Of a stretch of DNA of 64,000 nucleotides, positions 1 to 12,367 are shown piece after piece (the stretch's first letter is position 1; each line of letters starts with the position of its first letter). The DNA comes from Eledone cirrhosa (lineage: Eukaryota). Where the stretch lies: contig OZ024758.1 in NCBI GenBank assembly GCA_964016885.1, positions 25,730,001 to 25,794,000 of the forward strand. The letters are read 5' to 3'. The notes under the pieces were generated by a model. The model searched no databases. It saw only the letters and a list, made by a program, of their open reading frames with translations, and was not told the DNA's origin. A program made the translations under genes and the position numbers.

Positions 1-693
1 CTAGTCACATCTGTGCACCAGCACACTCCTCCTTGACCTCTTTCTCTTTCAGTCTTTTCAATATTTCATTTGCCTGTCACCCACCTTGTTGACCCCTAGT
101 AGCTGGTCTGTGTCCTCTGAGGCATTTTTGCTCATCACTGTCTTTGACAGCATCTAGCTGTTTTAATGGCTGATCTAGCGATGAGTTTTCTCATTTTTAA
201 ATGTACTTAAATAGACTGTTTAATAATAAATCACAGGTTCAACTTTTTCTAGCAGTTTCTAAGCATCCTTCTACACACCATACCTCAACCACACTGTCTG
301 TAAGAAACACCACTGCTAACAAACTCATCATATTTGCTGCTCGTATTGCTGTCAATTTCCACGATGTATACATCATACAGAAGCTCCACCTCAAACCCTT
401 CCTCTACAATCTACCAATCATCACACACACAGTAACCAGGTGAAACATTCTCCAATCACTCCCCTTTTACCTTCTCAGTAACGACCAGTATGGTTGCTGT
501 AGTCATATCTACTGCTCACCTGCTGTCTAATATCACACACAAGTAATTAATTGCCCCAACAACATTGGCAAAGCCTTGAACTGTATCTGACATGAGAATC
601 TCCTAGCTAAGTTGCCTGCCTATAATGCTCCACCTGTTTCTCGTCTCTAGAAAATGAAACCCTCAAAGAAAAGCAACAACCTAGTCATCGTAT

Positions 694-918
694 CCCTTTA
701 CCATTCACATTACTCTATATTTACAATTATATTTTCACTGTAAAGGCTTTACCTCACATAATTATCTCACATAATATCAAATCTATGAGATTTTGATATT
801 ATATATTTTGAGAACAATACCTTAACATCGGTATGAGTGACCGGTTACAGTCAGTTTGAACAGAAAGAGTTGAGAGAATTCTGGCTGGATATGGCTGGTT
901 TAAATGCTAAAGGGTTAA
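694..918. mobile_element. piggyBac-like MITE family A (~210 bp). Other copies: ~6931-7137, 18014-18227, 19753-19980, 20391-20704, 24354-24580, 36447-36660, 39108-39324, 42031-42257, 54245-54453, 54582-54809, 60781-60900, 62588-62873
   Basis: TIR (TTAA)CCCTTTAGCATTTA...TAAATGCTAAAGGG(TTAA) with a shared internal sequence; TTAA target and CCC ends are piggyBac hallmarks. Confidence 0.8.
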
Positions 919-1324
919 ACAGCATGTATAAAGAAAGCAATTTCATACTTGATCCTTTCTAAATATGAACAACAGAAAGCTTCAAAATCAATATGCTAGC
1001 AATTCCATATAAGATTCCCAAATCTAAAATCAAAGCATCATCTTCAATTCCATTTAACATTGTCGTCTAACCCATGCAAGCATGGGAAAATGAACGTTTA
1101 ACGATGATGATGATGATGATTACCAAATCTAAAATCTAAGCATCATCTTCAGAGCCTATCCCATGTAACATTGCCAAATCGAAGATCTAAAATCTAGGTA
1201 TCATCTTGAGAGTCAAAATTGATATCTTACTTTCATCAGTTGACCCTCTACAAGGGGTTCAAATTAAACCTTCTTTAGAATACATCTCACATATCTGCTG
1301 CTACTACTACTGCTAATGCTGCTG

Positions 1325-1361
<37 letters not shown>

Positions 1362-1435
1362 AACTCAACCACTTCCACTACTATTACTACTACAATAACA
1401 ACAACAGCTACTACTACTACTACTAATAATAATAA

Positions 1436-1620
1436 TTGTTTCTACTTTAGGCACAAGGCCAGCAATTATCCAGTGCATTACTGGTACTTTATTTTATCGA
1501 CCCCGTAAGGATGAAAGGCAAAGTCAACCTCGGCGGGATTTGAACTCAGACCGTAAAGGGCCGTAACTCTATGCTGCAAAGCATGGTGTCTAACACTCAA
1601 CTGATACTGCCAATCCGCAC
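1436..1620 (-). mobile_element. tRNA-derived SINE family 1 (~190 bp, Meta-SINE-like core). Other copies include 5802-5988, 16181-16505, 18370-18752, 32117-32456, 33202-33386, 36697-36877, 37388-37630, 41105-41295, 49937-50128, 56477-56866, 57986-58305
   Basis: A box TGGCAGTATCGG, B box GAGTTCAAATCC, core GCCTTTCATCCTTACGGGGTCGATAAAATAAAGTACCAG, (ATT)n tail; roughly 30 copies or fragments in the window. Confidence 0.85.
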
Positions 1621-1867
1621 TAAATCACAACACCCCCCAAAATGAATCTATAGTTTTAATAATGATATTAGCATTATACATGGTAACAAGTGTAAAGAGT
1701 TCATTTGGATGTTGGTTTCTCTTTATCTAAGGTTGCTTCTATGCAGTTGTTCTACCTGTAAGACATAGTAGCTAAATCTCCCTCAAATCACACTATTATC
1801 TTTTTTTTTTTTAAATATATATATATAAATTTTAAATAAAGACAGACTGGATAACATTATTCTAGAT

Positions 1868-2067
1868 CAGAGGTTCTCAAACTTTTTGGACCACCACCCC
1901 GCCTCCTCACAGCCACATAATAACCTCAGTGCCCCCAACCCTATTTCCAGAGGGACCTGCCTTCATGCAAATTGTAAATAATATATAATAAATAAAATCG
2001 TTAATCAATATATAATAAATAATACAATATATACTATGTATAAATAAATATTATACATTTTTTATTT

Positions 2068-2103
<36 letters not shown>

Positions 2104-2176
2104 TATGATATTTATATCATCTCTACCCCCTCCCCAGCGCACCTTAGGCCCCAGCACACACTGTTGAGAACCTCTG
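1868..2176. mobile_element. hAT (Charlie-like) MITE
   Basis: TIRs CAGAGGTTCTCAA / TTGAGAACCTCTG; perfect 8-bp TSD TTCTAGAT at 1860-67 and 2177-84. Confidence 0.85.
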
Positions 2177-2245
2177 TTCTAGATACACATTAGTTGATCT
2201 ACAGAACAAGGTCCTGAAGATCACTCAAGCTAATTAGAAATATTC

Positions 2246-3368
2246 CAGATTTAGCCCAGCAGTAAAACAGTGCAAGCTATCAAAGACACTTCCTCAGATT
2301 TAGCCCAGCAGTAAAACAGTGCAAGCTATCAAAGACACTTCCTCAGATTTAGCCCAGCAGTAAAACAGTGCAAGCTATCAAAGACACTTCCTCAGATTTA
2401 GCTCAGCAGTAAAACAGTGCAAGCTATCAAAGACACTTCCTCAGATTTAGCCCAGCAGTAAAACAGTGCAAGCTATCAAAGACACTTCCTCAGATTTAGC
2501 CCAGCAGTAAAACAGTGCAAGCTATCAAAGACACTTCCTCAGATTTAGCTCAGCAGTAAAACAGTGCAAGCTATCAAAGACACTTCCTCAGATTTAGCCC
2601 AGCAGTAAAACAGTACAAGCTATCAAAGACACTTCCTCAGATTTAGCCCAGCAGTAAAACAGTGCAAGCTATCAAAGACACTTCCTCAGATTTAGCCCAG
2701 CAGTAAAACAGTGCAAGCTATCAAAGACACTTCCTCAGATTTAGCCCAGCAGTAAAACAGTGCAAGCTATCAAAGACACTTCCTCAGATTTAGCTCAGCA
2801 GTAAAACAGTGCAAGCTATCAAAGACACTTCCTCAGATTTAGCCCAGCAGTAAAACAGTGCAAGCTATCAAAGACACTTCTTCAGATTTAGCTCAGCAGT
2901 AAAACAGTGCAAGCTATCAAAGACACTTCCTCAGATTTAGCCCAGCAGTAAAACAGTGCAAGCTATCAAAGACACTTCCTCAGATTTAGCCCAGCAGTAA
3001 AACAGTGCAAGCTATCAAAGACACTTCCTCAGATTTAGCTCAGCAGTAAAACAGTGCAAGCTATCAAAGACACTTCCTCAGATTTAGCCCAGCAGTAAAA
3101 CAGTACAAGCTATCAAAGACACTTCCTCAGATTTAGCCCAGCAGTAAAACAGTGCAAGCTATCAAAGACACTTCCTCAGATTTAGCCCAGCAGTAAAACA
3201 GTGCAAGCTATCAAAGACACTTCCTCAGATTTAGCCCAGCAGTAAAACAGTGCAAGCTATCAAAGACACTTCCTCAGATTTAGCTCAGCAGTAAAACAGT
3301 GCAAGCTATCAAAGACACTTCCTCAGATTTAGCCCAGCAGTAAAACAGTGCAAGCTATCAAAGACACT
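2246..3368. repeat. 49-bp minisatellite, ~23 copies
   Basis: Unit CAGATTTAGCCCAGCAGTAAAACAGTGCAAGCTATCAAAGACACTTCCT; near-identical copies, no spacers. Confidence 0.95.
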
Positions 3369-3822
3369 TTCTTTGTTAGTATAAAGCATATAAGAGCTGG
3401 TTTAATAAGAAACAATGAAGAAGTGTAGAATAACAAATGCAATTATGAATGAAAAACCTCATTCAGGTAAGGAATTGTCAGACATGATAAGGATTTTGTG
3501 AAACAAAAACAAGTTTTAAGTCTAAGGCATGTTCTGAGTAGATAATCCAGCAGTTTCTTTCTGGTAACAACTGCCAGTGGATTTTCTAAAGTCAAAAACT
3601 GCATATTCTAGTTAAGCAGTGCACATGTTTCTATTACTTTTATGTGATTAAAATACATCAGAAAAATAACAAATATGTAGATTTTAAGCCGCAAAAAAAA
3701 GATACATTTTTTTTTTTTAATAATCCAACCTGATTTTGGAAATTTCAATATGTAGTTGATACGCTAAAGATATTTTAAAACACTTGAGCTTGTTCTTCAT
3801 TCAAATAATATACAACAACCAT

Positions 3823-3939
3823 TTTAACCTTCAGCACACTCTAGGTGCATTATGTTGCCAATAGAGTGATCTCTCCTTAAGATATATTGCAGTGTCAAGG
3901 GAAGTAATTCATAAAAATGTCTAGCATGCTAAAGGTTAA
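3823..3939. mobile_element. Small TTAA-flanked MITE (second copy ~9439-9554)
   Basis: TTAACCTTCAGCA...TGCTAAAGGTTAA; shared core CAGTGTCAAGGGAAGTA.TTCATAAAAA. Confidence 0.6.
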
Positions 3940-4175
3940 TGACCTTTTCCCTGTTTATGCAGAAATTAGCCTTGTGTGCCCCATGACAAGCTTCATGTTC
4001 ATCATAAAATCCTTTGTAAGACAATGTTTTATGGTCAGATGCCTTTCCTGGTGCCAACCCTTTCTTTAATCACCTCTTACAGCATGTAGCAATATGGTAT
4101 GCTGCTTCTTCATTCAAATAGAATGCTAAAATAATTTTAAATGTTCTAAAAACAGAGAAGCTTTTAAATATATAT

Positions 4176-4379
4176 ATAGGAACGAGTAGGACCCCGACGG
4201 CTGAGCTCAAGCCGTTTCGACGGCTAATTCTGGACTAAATTTAGTCCAGAATTAGCCGTCGAAACGGCTTGAGCTCAGCCATCGGGGTCCTACTCGTTCC
4301 TATCACCCACTCTACTACCCTAAGTATTGAGTACTTTGGTGTGTTATGGTCCACCTGGTTCCTTACCACATTTCCTCCG

Positions 4380-4380
<1 letters not shown>
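4176..4380 (+). mobile_element. 128-bp palindrome plus unique tail, holding a hammerhead 3' half, in (TA)n
   Basis: Arms 4176-4239 and 4240-4303 with 1 mismatch; GAAA-CGGCT-TGAGCTC-AGCCG-TC on the left arm (minus strand); TA on both sides. Confidence 0.6.
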
Positions 4381-4422
<42 letters not shown>

Positions 4423-4483
4423 AAGGGCGGTGCCCCAGCATGGCCTCAGCCGGATGGCTGGAACAGGTAAAAGAGTAAAAGAG

Positions 4484-4544
<61 letters not shown>

Positions 4545-4816
4545 ATATATCATCATCATCATCATCATCATGGTTTAACATATATCTTCCACGCTAGCAT
4601 GGGTTAGACGGGAATTGTCCCACTTGAGGCAAGATTGGTCAGGTAACTGTGTATCGCACGTAAAGGACTGTATCTGGCAGGTTTTCTACAGCTGAATGCC
4701 ATGCCTAACACCAACCAAATTTACAGTGTGGACTGGGAGCCTTTTTACCATGTCACCTACACAATCACTTTACAGCGTGGACTGGGTGCTTTTTGTCATG
4801 ACGCCTACACGACCAC

Positions 4817-4862
<46 letters not shown>

Positions 4863-7622
4863 CAGTGAATTAAGACTAAAAGATTATGATGAAATTGTTG
4901 TGGCAGATATGATCCATAGCTAAATACATCAATATTTAGTGTCAAATAAAGCAAGCAAGCATGGGAAATATGAAGCATGGTTAAATGATGATGATGAAGA
5001 TGATGGAAGGATGATATGAACTTTCTTGAAAACAGGCATTAAAATTAATAACAATTAAAGGGTGAGAAGAAACTTCAGGAAGAAGAGGAAACTTCAGAAA
5101 GAAAGAGAGAAAAAATAGAAAATATTCAATGCTTCAAGTAATTCTTAAAATGGATGATATATTTTTTTCTCATGATTTTAAAATTCAATGTAAAATTTTC
5201 TTTTTCTAATAGTAGAGCAAAGAAAAAAAAAACAAATTTATTTCAAATAATATTAAAAGAAAAAACATCAAGCTACTTCTCAAATATCAATAAAATAGTC
5301 TGAGTTCATCATCACCATCGTCATCATCAACGTCATCATCATCATCACCACCACCACCACCACCACCATCATCACCACCACCACCACCATGATTTAATGT
5401 CTGCTTTCCCTGCCAGAAAAGGTTGGACAGGTCTTCACAGACCAAGTCAGTACTGAAGTGGAGCTACTAACCTCCAAGACAGGCCAGGGAGTCTGTATTT
5501 CACTTATATTCAGTCCAATCTTCTACTCTTCTTCTTCTTGCTCAACTAGGCCAGGGTCATCCAAAGCCAACGATTCCCAAAGGATCATTGTGTGGAGAGC
5601 CAACTTTAGACTTTTAGACGTTCTACTTAGTGCATTTCATCATGGCACCAGCACAAGACAGGTAGTCATGTCTTTGACACAACTGAAGATCTTGATTTAT
5701 ATGAAAATCTAAACTATAATAAAGAAAGGTCTGCGGAATTGCGTACGGTTTTTTTTTTTTTATCCCGTTTGTAAAATAAGTTGGATTACTTTGAATAAAT
5801 AATTGTTTCTACTTTTGACACAAGGCCAGCAAATACCCAGTGTATTACTGGTACTTTATTTTATCAACCCCGTAAGGATGAAAGGCAAAGTTAACCTCGG
5901 CGGGATTTGAACTCAGAATGGCAAGGGCCGTAACTCTATGCGTCAAAGCATGGCGTCCGACCCTCTACCGATACTGCCAATCCACCGCAATGAATGAATA
6001 TTACATAATTTATCTACTAAATTTCGTGGCTGTTGATTAAATATATTTTGTTTATTTAAAGATTCAGTTCTTTAAAATTTCTGAAATGTCAACACTTCCG
6101 GTTGGCCATCGCTTAAATAAACATACTAATTTTCTCCTAATGCAGTTTATATATAATATCGTCTTTTTTTAATGTATCATGGATTATGTTACTGATTAAA
6201 TAAGACAGTGTAACGCAGTCTTCATTCAATTTCTATGTATTATATATTGTCAATTACGATTTTATTCATATCTACATGTATATATATACCTGCGTATAAT
6301 ATCAATATACACACTACACATGCTAGCAGAAAATCACCCGAAGGCTGGTTTTTCTGCTAGTAATCATAATGTAATCATTTTTTTTCTTTTCTATTTTCTA
6401 GCCCCTATCTCCCGAGGGAGTCATAGTGGCACTGTATTGACATAGAGCATTCTAGGGTATTTTTAAACCTGGCAGAGCCTATCTCCTTCCCAGCTCTGAA
6501 TACAGTAGATTTCTTTCAGAGAAGACTAGTGAGAGTAAGGGAATGAAAGTGAGAAAGAGATATAGAGAAAGAATCAACCTCAGTACAAGACTGGTACTTT
6601 ATTATCAACCTCAAAAGGATGAAAGGCAAAACTGACCTCGGCAGGTTTTGAACAGAGAACACAGAGAGCAGAAAAAATACTGCAAAGCATTCTATCAAAC
6701 ATTCTAATGACTCCACCAATTTGCCATACTTCTAAGGATCATCTAACCCAAGTGAAAATACTAACTAAATGTAAAACAGTAATAACCACTGAAACTGTCA
6801 GGACTAATATCAGTCATTGTTTACATTAATTTTCAGAAATACATAAATATATTACAGAAGGGAGATTTAACTGCTGTTGATGATGAGTTTTAGTAAAAAG
6901 AACTTTGAAGAACAACAGTAAATTTAGCCCTTAACTCTTTAGCATTTACATAACTCTATATTTATATTTACTATTATATATTCATGGTAAAGGCTTTATC
7001 TCACATAATATAGAATCTATGAGATTTTGATATTATTTATTTTGAAAACAATACCTTAACGTCAGTATGAGTGGCCAGTTACGGTTGGTGTGAACAGAAA
7101 GAGAGAATTCTGGCCAGTTTAAATGCTAAAGGGTTAAGCTGCTGGTCACAGAAAATTCTGTGTAGCAGTTTCTTTCTGATAAGAACTATTGGTGTGATAT
7201 TATGTCGGACTATATTGACTCAACTACAAAATTATATAATGTTTATTCCAATGAAACAGTTTATATTTGTGAATATCTTTACATGTCAGAATGGTAAAAC
7301 TTATCTGAAAAGTAATAAAACATCTAAAGAACATGTAGATTTTAAAATAAAAATATTTTTCTGTTTTAAGGGAAAACCCCACCCTAATTTTAGTAAGTTC
7401 AGCGAGTTTTATGAACCTCAATAGTAAAGATAAGGAGCTTTTTTAGTTATAAATCAGATGAAGCTATGAATATTGAAGAGGCAGAAGTAAGACTAAATAA
7501 TATTATAAATAATATTATAGAATGCAGACCCCTTGGCACAAGGCTAGCAATTACCCAGTGCATTACTGGTATTTTATTTTATCGACCCAGTAAGGATGAA
7601 AGGCAAAGTTAACCTCGGCGGG

Positions 7623-7662
<40 letters not shown>

Positions 7663-10433
7663 TTTTTACAAATAATCTTTTTTTTTCTTGAAATATATTG
7701 TCGGAATATCCATAACATTATATTTTTTTTTTATATAATACTATAACTCTTATATAATACTATAACTCTTATATAATACTATAACTCTTAGTAGAAGAGG
7801 AAGACTAAAAATGTAAAAATGATGTAATGAAAATAAGATTGTAGGATGTTGGAGCTCAGAAGAGATAAAATACCAATACATTTGGCAATATGGTGTCTGA
7901 TAGACAAGCCAATTCCAGCCAATATGATGATGATGATGATGATGAAATAATATAATTTTATTAGGATCTCAAAGTTATATAGTAAATAAAATCTCCAGAC
8001 AAATTTCTCAAGATTCTGTCAATCTTGCAGTAAAATTTACTACTGACCCTCAAGATGTTATTGAAAACATTCAATAATGAATATTACAAAGATTTGATTG
8101 TCAATGTGAACATTTAGAGTCGAGTATTGTAGAGATATTACAATAGACAACTTCTTTTTATGGACAAAATATATTACATAAAAGACATTTCTTCATGGCT
8201 TTATTTACGAAATACAGAGACAACTGTATCAATGAAAATTATACAAAAAAAAAACTACAATTTTTTTTATATTTATATATATATTAGAAGGAAAAAGATG
8301 AATGGAATAGTTGGGTAAAATATATAAAACAGGAATTGATTTAATCATTTTGATACCAACCTGGCCAAAACAAGCTCTGGCTATATGAAATAAAACCACC
8401 TGCTTTAATGTGTTCTGATTAAAATTTAAATTCCTCCAACATAATTTTATATAGAACCACATGTTAAGCTATCTTAGTAATTAAATAATTAATAATTTTA
8501 GTAAATCTCTCAAAATTGTTCATTAATTAATTGAAATAGAGTGCATTTCAATAGAAATAAGATCATAAAAGGGTTAAAAATTGAAGAATCCTTTTTATCC
8601 CCATAGGATAAATATGTGTATTCATTTCAAATATGATCAGAAAAGAGTTAAGACTTAATTTGAAAGAATTAATAAGGAATAGATATTTTCTATTTATCAT
8701 ATGACCTGATTTTATAAATAATTATCGTGTACACCCAAATATAAGCAGACCCCACTATTTTATGTCTGAGAAATGGGCAAAAACCCAAATCTTATTTTTG
8801 TAGGATTTGAAGTTGGTAAAAATCGTCAAATTATTGACTCTGAATATAAGCTGACACCCCTTTCCCCCCTCCCCCTCTACCATTTATGTAGAATTTTGAG
8901 TTAGTGAAAATCGGCAAAATATTGACCTCAAATTCAAGCTACATATAGCAGTTAAATTTCTACAAATCACACTCTATCGTTTAAAAAAAAGGAAAGACAC
9001 ATTGGATAATGTAGTCCTAGATACTCTTGGGTCCCGATAGGGAGGGGGAGTTGGAATAAGCAGGAGGGTTGGACATTTGCTAAGTCGGTAATTGTATAGT
9101 GTATTTTTGTAAATATGGGATTTCTTGTAAGGTTCGGTTTTTTTTTTTTTGTCATATATAATGTCTTTTAATGTAAAATACAATTATTATTAGATTCTCC
9201 AGCTGCTGTATGGATATGATTCACTTACAATAAAATTTCACCAGAGATAGATTAGCAAAATTTAATAAGCAGGGGGGATTGTTGGAATAAAAGCAGGACG
9301 GTGGGGCTAGAACAAATCAAGACCTGAGAGAATACATCAATATGAAATGGTCATAGCTGGAATGCCATAGTTCCTATGTCTGCTTGATCAAGGTTGACTT
9401 GGAGCAAAACAACAACTATGACATTCAATAAAACATGTTTAACCTTCAGCACGCTGTCGGCGACAAATTGCAACAAGGGAGTAATCCCCACTTAATACAT
9501 AATACAGTGTCAAGGGAAGTAGTTCATAAAAATAATACAGCGTCCTAAAGATTAATTAAAATATATAACTTTATATATCTTCCCCAAAATACATATTTTA
9601 TACAAGCCATTTTTATAGAACAGGAACTATATTTTAAAGAAATGATAGATATTTTGACAATTTCTTTTTTTCTTTTAAGATTATTCAAAACAGAAGGAAT
9701 TTACAATATGACATTTTTTCAAAGATATTGATTTTAACAAATAATGGTACATTAAAAAAAAAATTATCTATTGAGAATAAATAATTTTAAAAAATGAATG
9801 CAAATAATAAAAAATATATAACTATATGACAATATCGTTAAGCATTATATAACATTATTATACATATAACATGATATAACAAAATTGTTCAATATATAAT
9901 ATATACAAATTGAATATTCATGGAATGTTCTGAGATTTTGATATCGATCTGAATTATTTCTAGAATATATATATAATTATCCTGGTAAAGAATATATATA
10001 TAAAAACAAAATTAGAATTTCATTTTTCATTTTCACATAGCTCTCACATAGCAAATTACATAACTGTATTTCTGAGTTTCATATCTTCGATGCTACTATT
10101 GAATGGATGGATGACGATGGTCATAAAAAAACAAAAAAAAAACATAGTAATGAGGCTATTTACTTGCAAATGAATTGAATACTATTATTATTCTTCAATA
10201 TAAAACTCATAAATACAAATATATATATATATATATATATATGAGTGTGTGTGAGTCCCAGGTTCAATCAGAAGTAAGCACAGTAAGTAAGGTACTCAAT
10301 ACATTAGTAGAGTATATACAAAATTCAATATAGAATTGGCTTCTACAGGACTAGAGCTGTTTCTGATGATTTCCTTCAAATGAAACAATTCTAGTCCTGT
10401 AGAAGCCATTTTTATATTAAACTTTTTATTTAT

Positions 10434-10463
<30 letters not shown>

Positions 10464-10464
<1 letters not shown>

Positions 10465-10789
10465 AGGATTTAAATGGATACAGTTCAGTTAAAAGGAATT
10501 TATTATCAACTGTCATTTCATCAGAAGATGAAATGACAGTTGATAATAACATTGAAATATTGAATGTCTGCATAACTAATACTTTGTAGATAGCAGCTGT
10601 TTTCAGGTTATGTAACTGTTATTGAAACACGTGTCAATAAATTCCTTTTAACTGAACTGTATCCATTTAATTCCTTCTATTTTCTCCGGATTACTTTTGA
10701 AACTACAACTGGAACCGTCGAGCAAACTCTACGTGAGCTGTCCATCTACTGTGTGTAATATTCATATTACAACACTACGGAAAATACTG

Positions 10790-10790
<1 letters not shown>
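10464..10790 (+). mobile_element. Hammerhead-bearing fold-back element in (TA)n
   Basis: Stem II AATGACAGTTGATAA/TTATGTAACTGTTATT, GAAA 10624-27, palindromic ACACGTGT, GUC triplet, then AATAAA. CTGATGA is intact only on the inverted arm (10518-24). TA tracts on both sides. Confidence 0.65.
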
Positions 10791-10821
<31 letters not shown>

Positions 10822-11171
10822 AATCCTGAAATTTGACACTGAAATTTAGAAAAAAAAACATTTTCAAGAAATAAAATAGAATTTTCAAAAGTTAAGCCTT
10901 GTTAAATGAATAATTGGAATTGTGTTCTTATTTAATATTATTTATTAATGGATGTAACTTTATCCATTGCTCAGTGTCACACTGCCTTCTGGTCATTGTT
11001 GCAATCATTCAGGTTAGATTTCAGGTAAGATTTCCAGCTTCAGAATACCTTCCACTTTTCTTCCCAGCAATACTGAAGGCCCAGAAAAGGGGCCATGAGC
11101 AATGCTTTTCTCTCCCTGATTACCCCCACCCATGAAAAACTAACAATAAAAAAAACACCCTAAACCTAATA

Positions 11172-12153
11172 ATGGTTTCTGAGTTAGGCACAAGGCCAAC
11201 AATTTGAGGGGAGGAGAAAGTTGATTAAATTGACCCCAGTGAATTACTGGTGCTTTATTTTGTCGACCTCCCCCTGTAAGGATGAAAGACAAAGCTAACC
11301 TCAGCAGGATTTTAACTCAGAACGTAAATGGTCGTAACTCCATGCTGTAAAGTAAGTTGTCCAACGTTCTACCAATACTGCCTTAACCCTAAATCTAATA
11401 ATTGTTTCTACTTTTAGGCACAAGGCCAGCAATTTCCCAGTACATTACTGGTACTTTATTTTATCAACCCCGTAAGGATGAAAGGCAAAGTCACCCTCGG
11501 CGGGATTTGAACTCAGATCGTAAAGGGACGTAACTCTGCTGGAAAGCATGGCGTCCGACGCTCTACCGATACTGCCAAATGGTTTCTAGTATAGGCACAA
11601 AGCCAGCGATTACCCAGTGCATTACTGGTACTTTATTTTACAGACCCTGGAAGGATGAAAGGCAAAGTTAACCTTGGCGGGATTTGAATTCAGATCATAA
11701 AGGGAGGTAACTCTATGCTTCAAAGCATGGCGCCCGACCCTCTACCGATACTGCCATCTAATAATGGTTTCTAGTATAGGCACAAGGCCAGTAATTGGGG
11801 GGGGGGGTCGATTAAATCAATCCCAGTACGTTACTGGTACTTTATTTTATTGACCCCATATGGATGAAAGGCAAGGTTAACCTCGGCGGGATTTGAACTC
11901 AAACCGTAAAGGGCCGTAACTCTATGCTGCAAAGCATGGCGTCCGACTCTCTACCAATATTGCTAATAATTGTTTCTACTTTTTGGCACAAGGGGCCAGC
12001 AATTATCCCAGTGTATTACTGGTACTTTATTTTATCGACCCCCATAAGGATGAAAGGCAAAGTTAACCTCGGCGGGATTTGAACTCAGATCATAAAGGGC
12101 CGTAACTCTTTGCTGCAAAGCATTGTGTCAGACCCTCACTGCCAATCCACTGC
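11172..12153 (-). mobile_element. Cluster of five head-to-tail family-1 SINEs
   Basis: Five diverged copies starting near 11172, 11401, 11580, 11763 and 11968. Confidence 0.85.
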
Positions 12154-12367
12154 AAATAATGAAACCTTAAACATAAATAAAGAGTTGGACTTCATTTAGT
12201 ATTTACATGTAGGAGCAAATATTTTTTTAATGAACAAAAGTAAAGATTTTCATTCATTCATTTCATTCATCATTTTACGTCCACCCTTCCCTGCTTGCAA
12301 GGGTGGGATGGGAACTGATTCTGGCTTGATTTCTACAGCCGGATGCCCTTCCTAACACCAACCTCAT

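Noticed and set aside
1225-1262. CTGATGA on the minus strand (also plus strand at ~25128)
   Set aside because: No matching stem II/GAAA/stem III, so a chance heptamer.
2246-3368. CRISPR-like appearance of this and the other arrays
   Set aside because: Units are contiguous with no unique spacers, there are no cas genes, and the context is eukaryotic.
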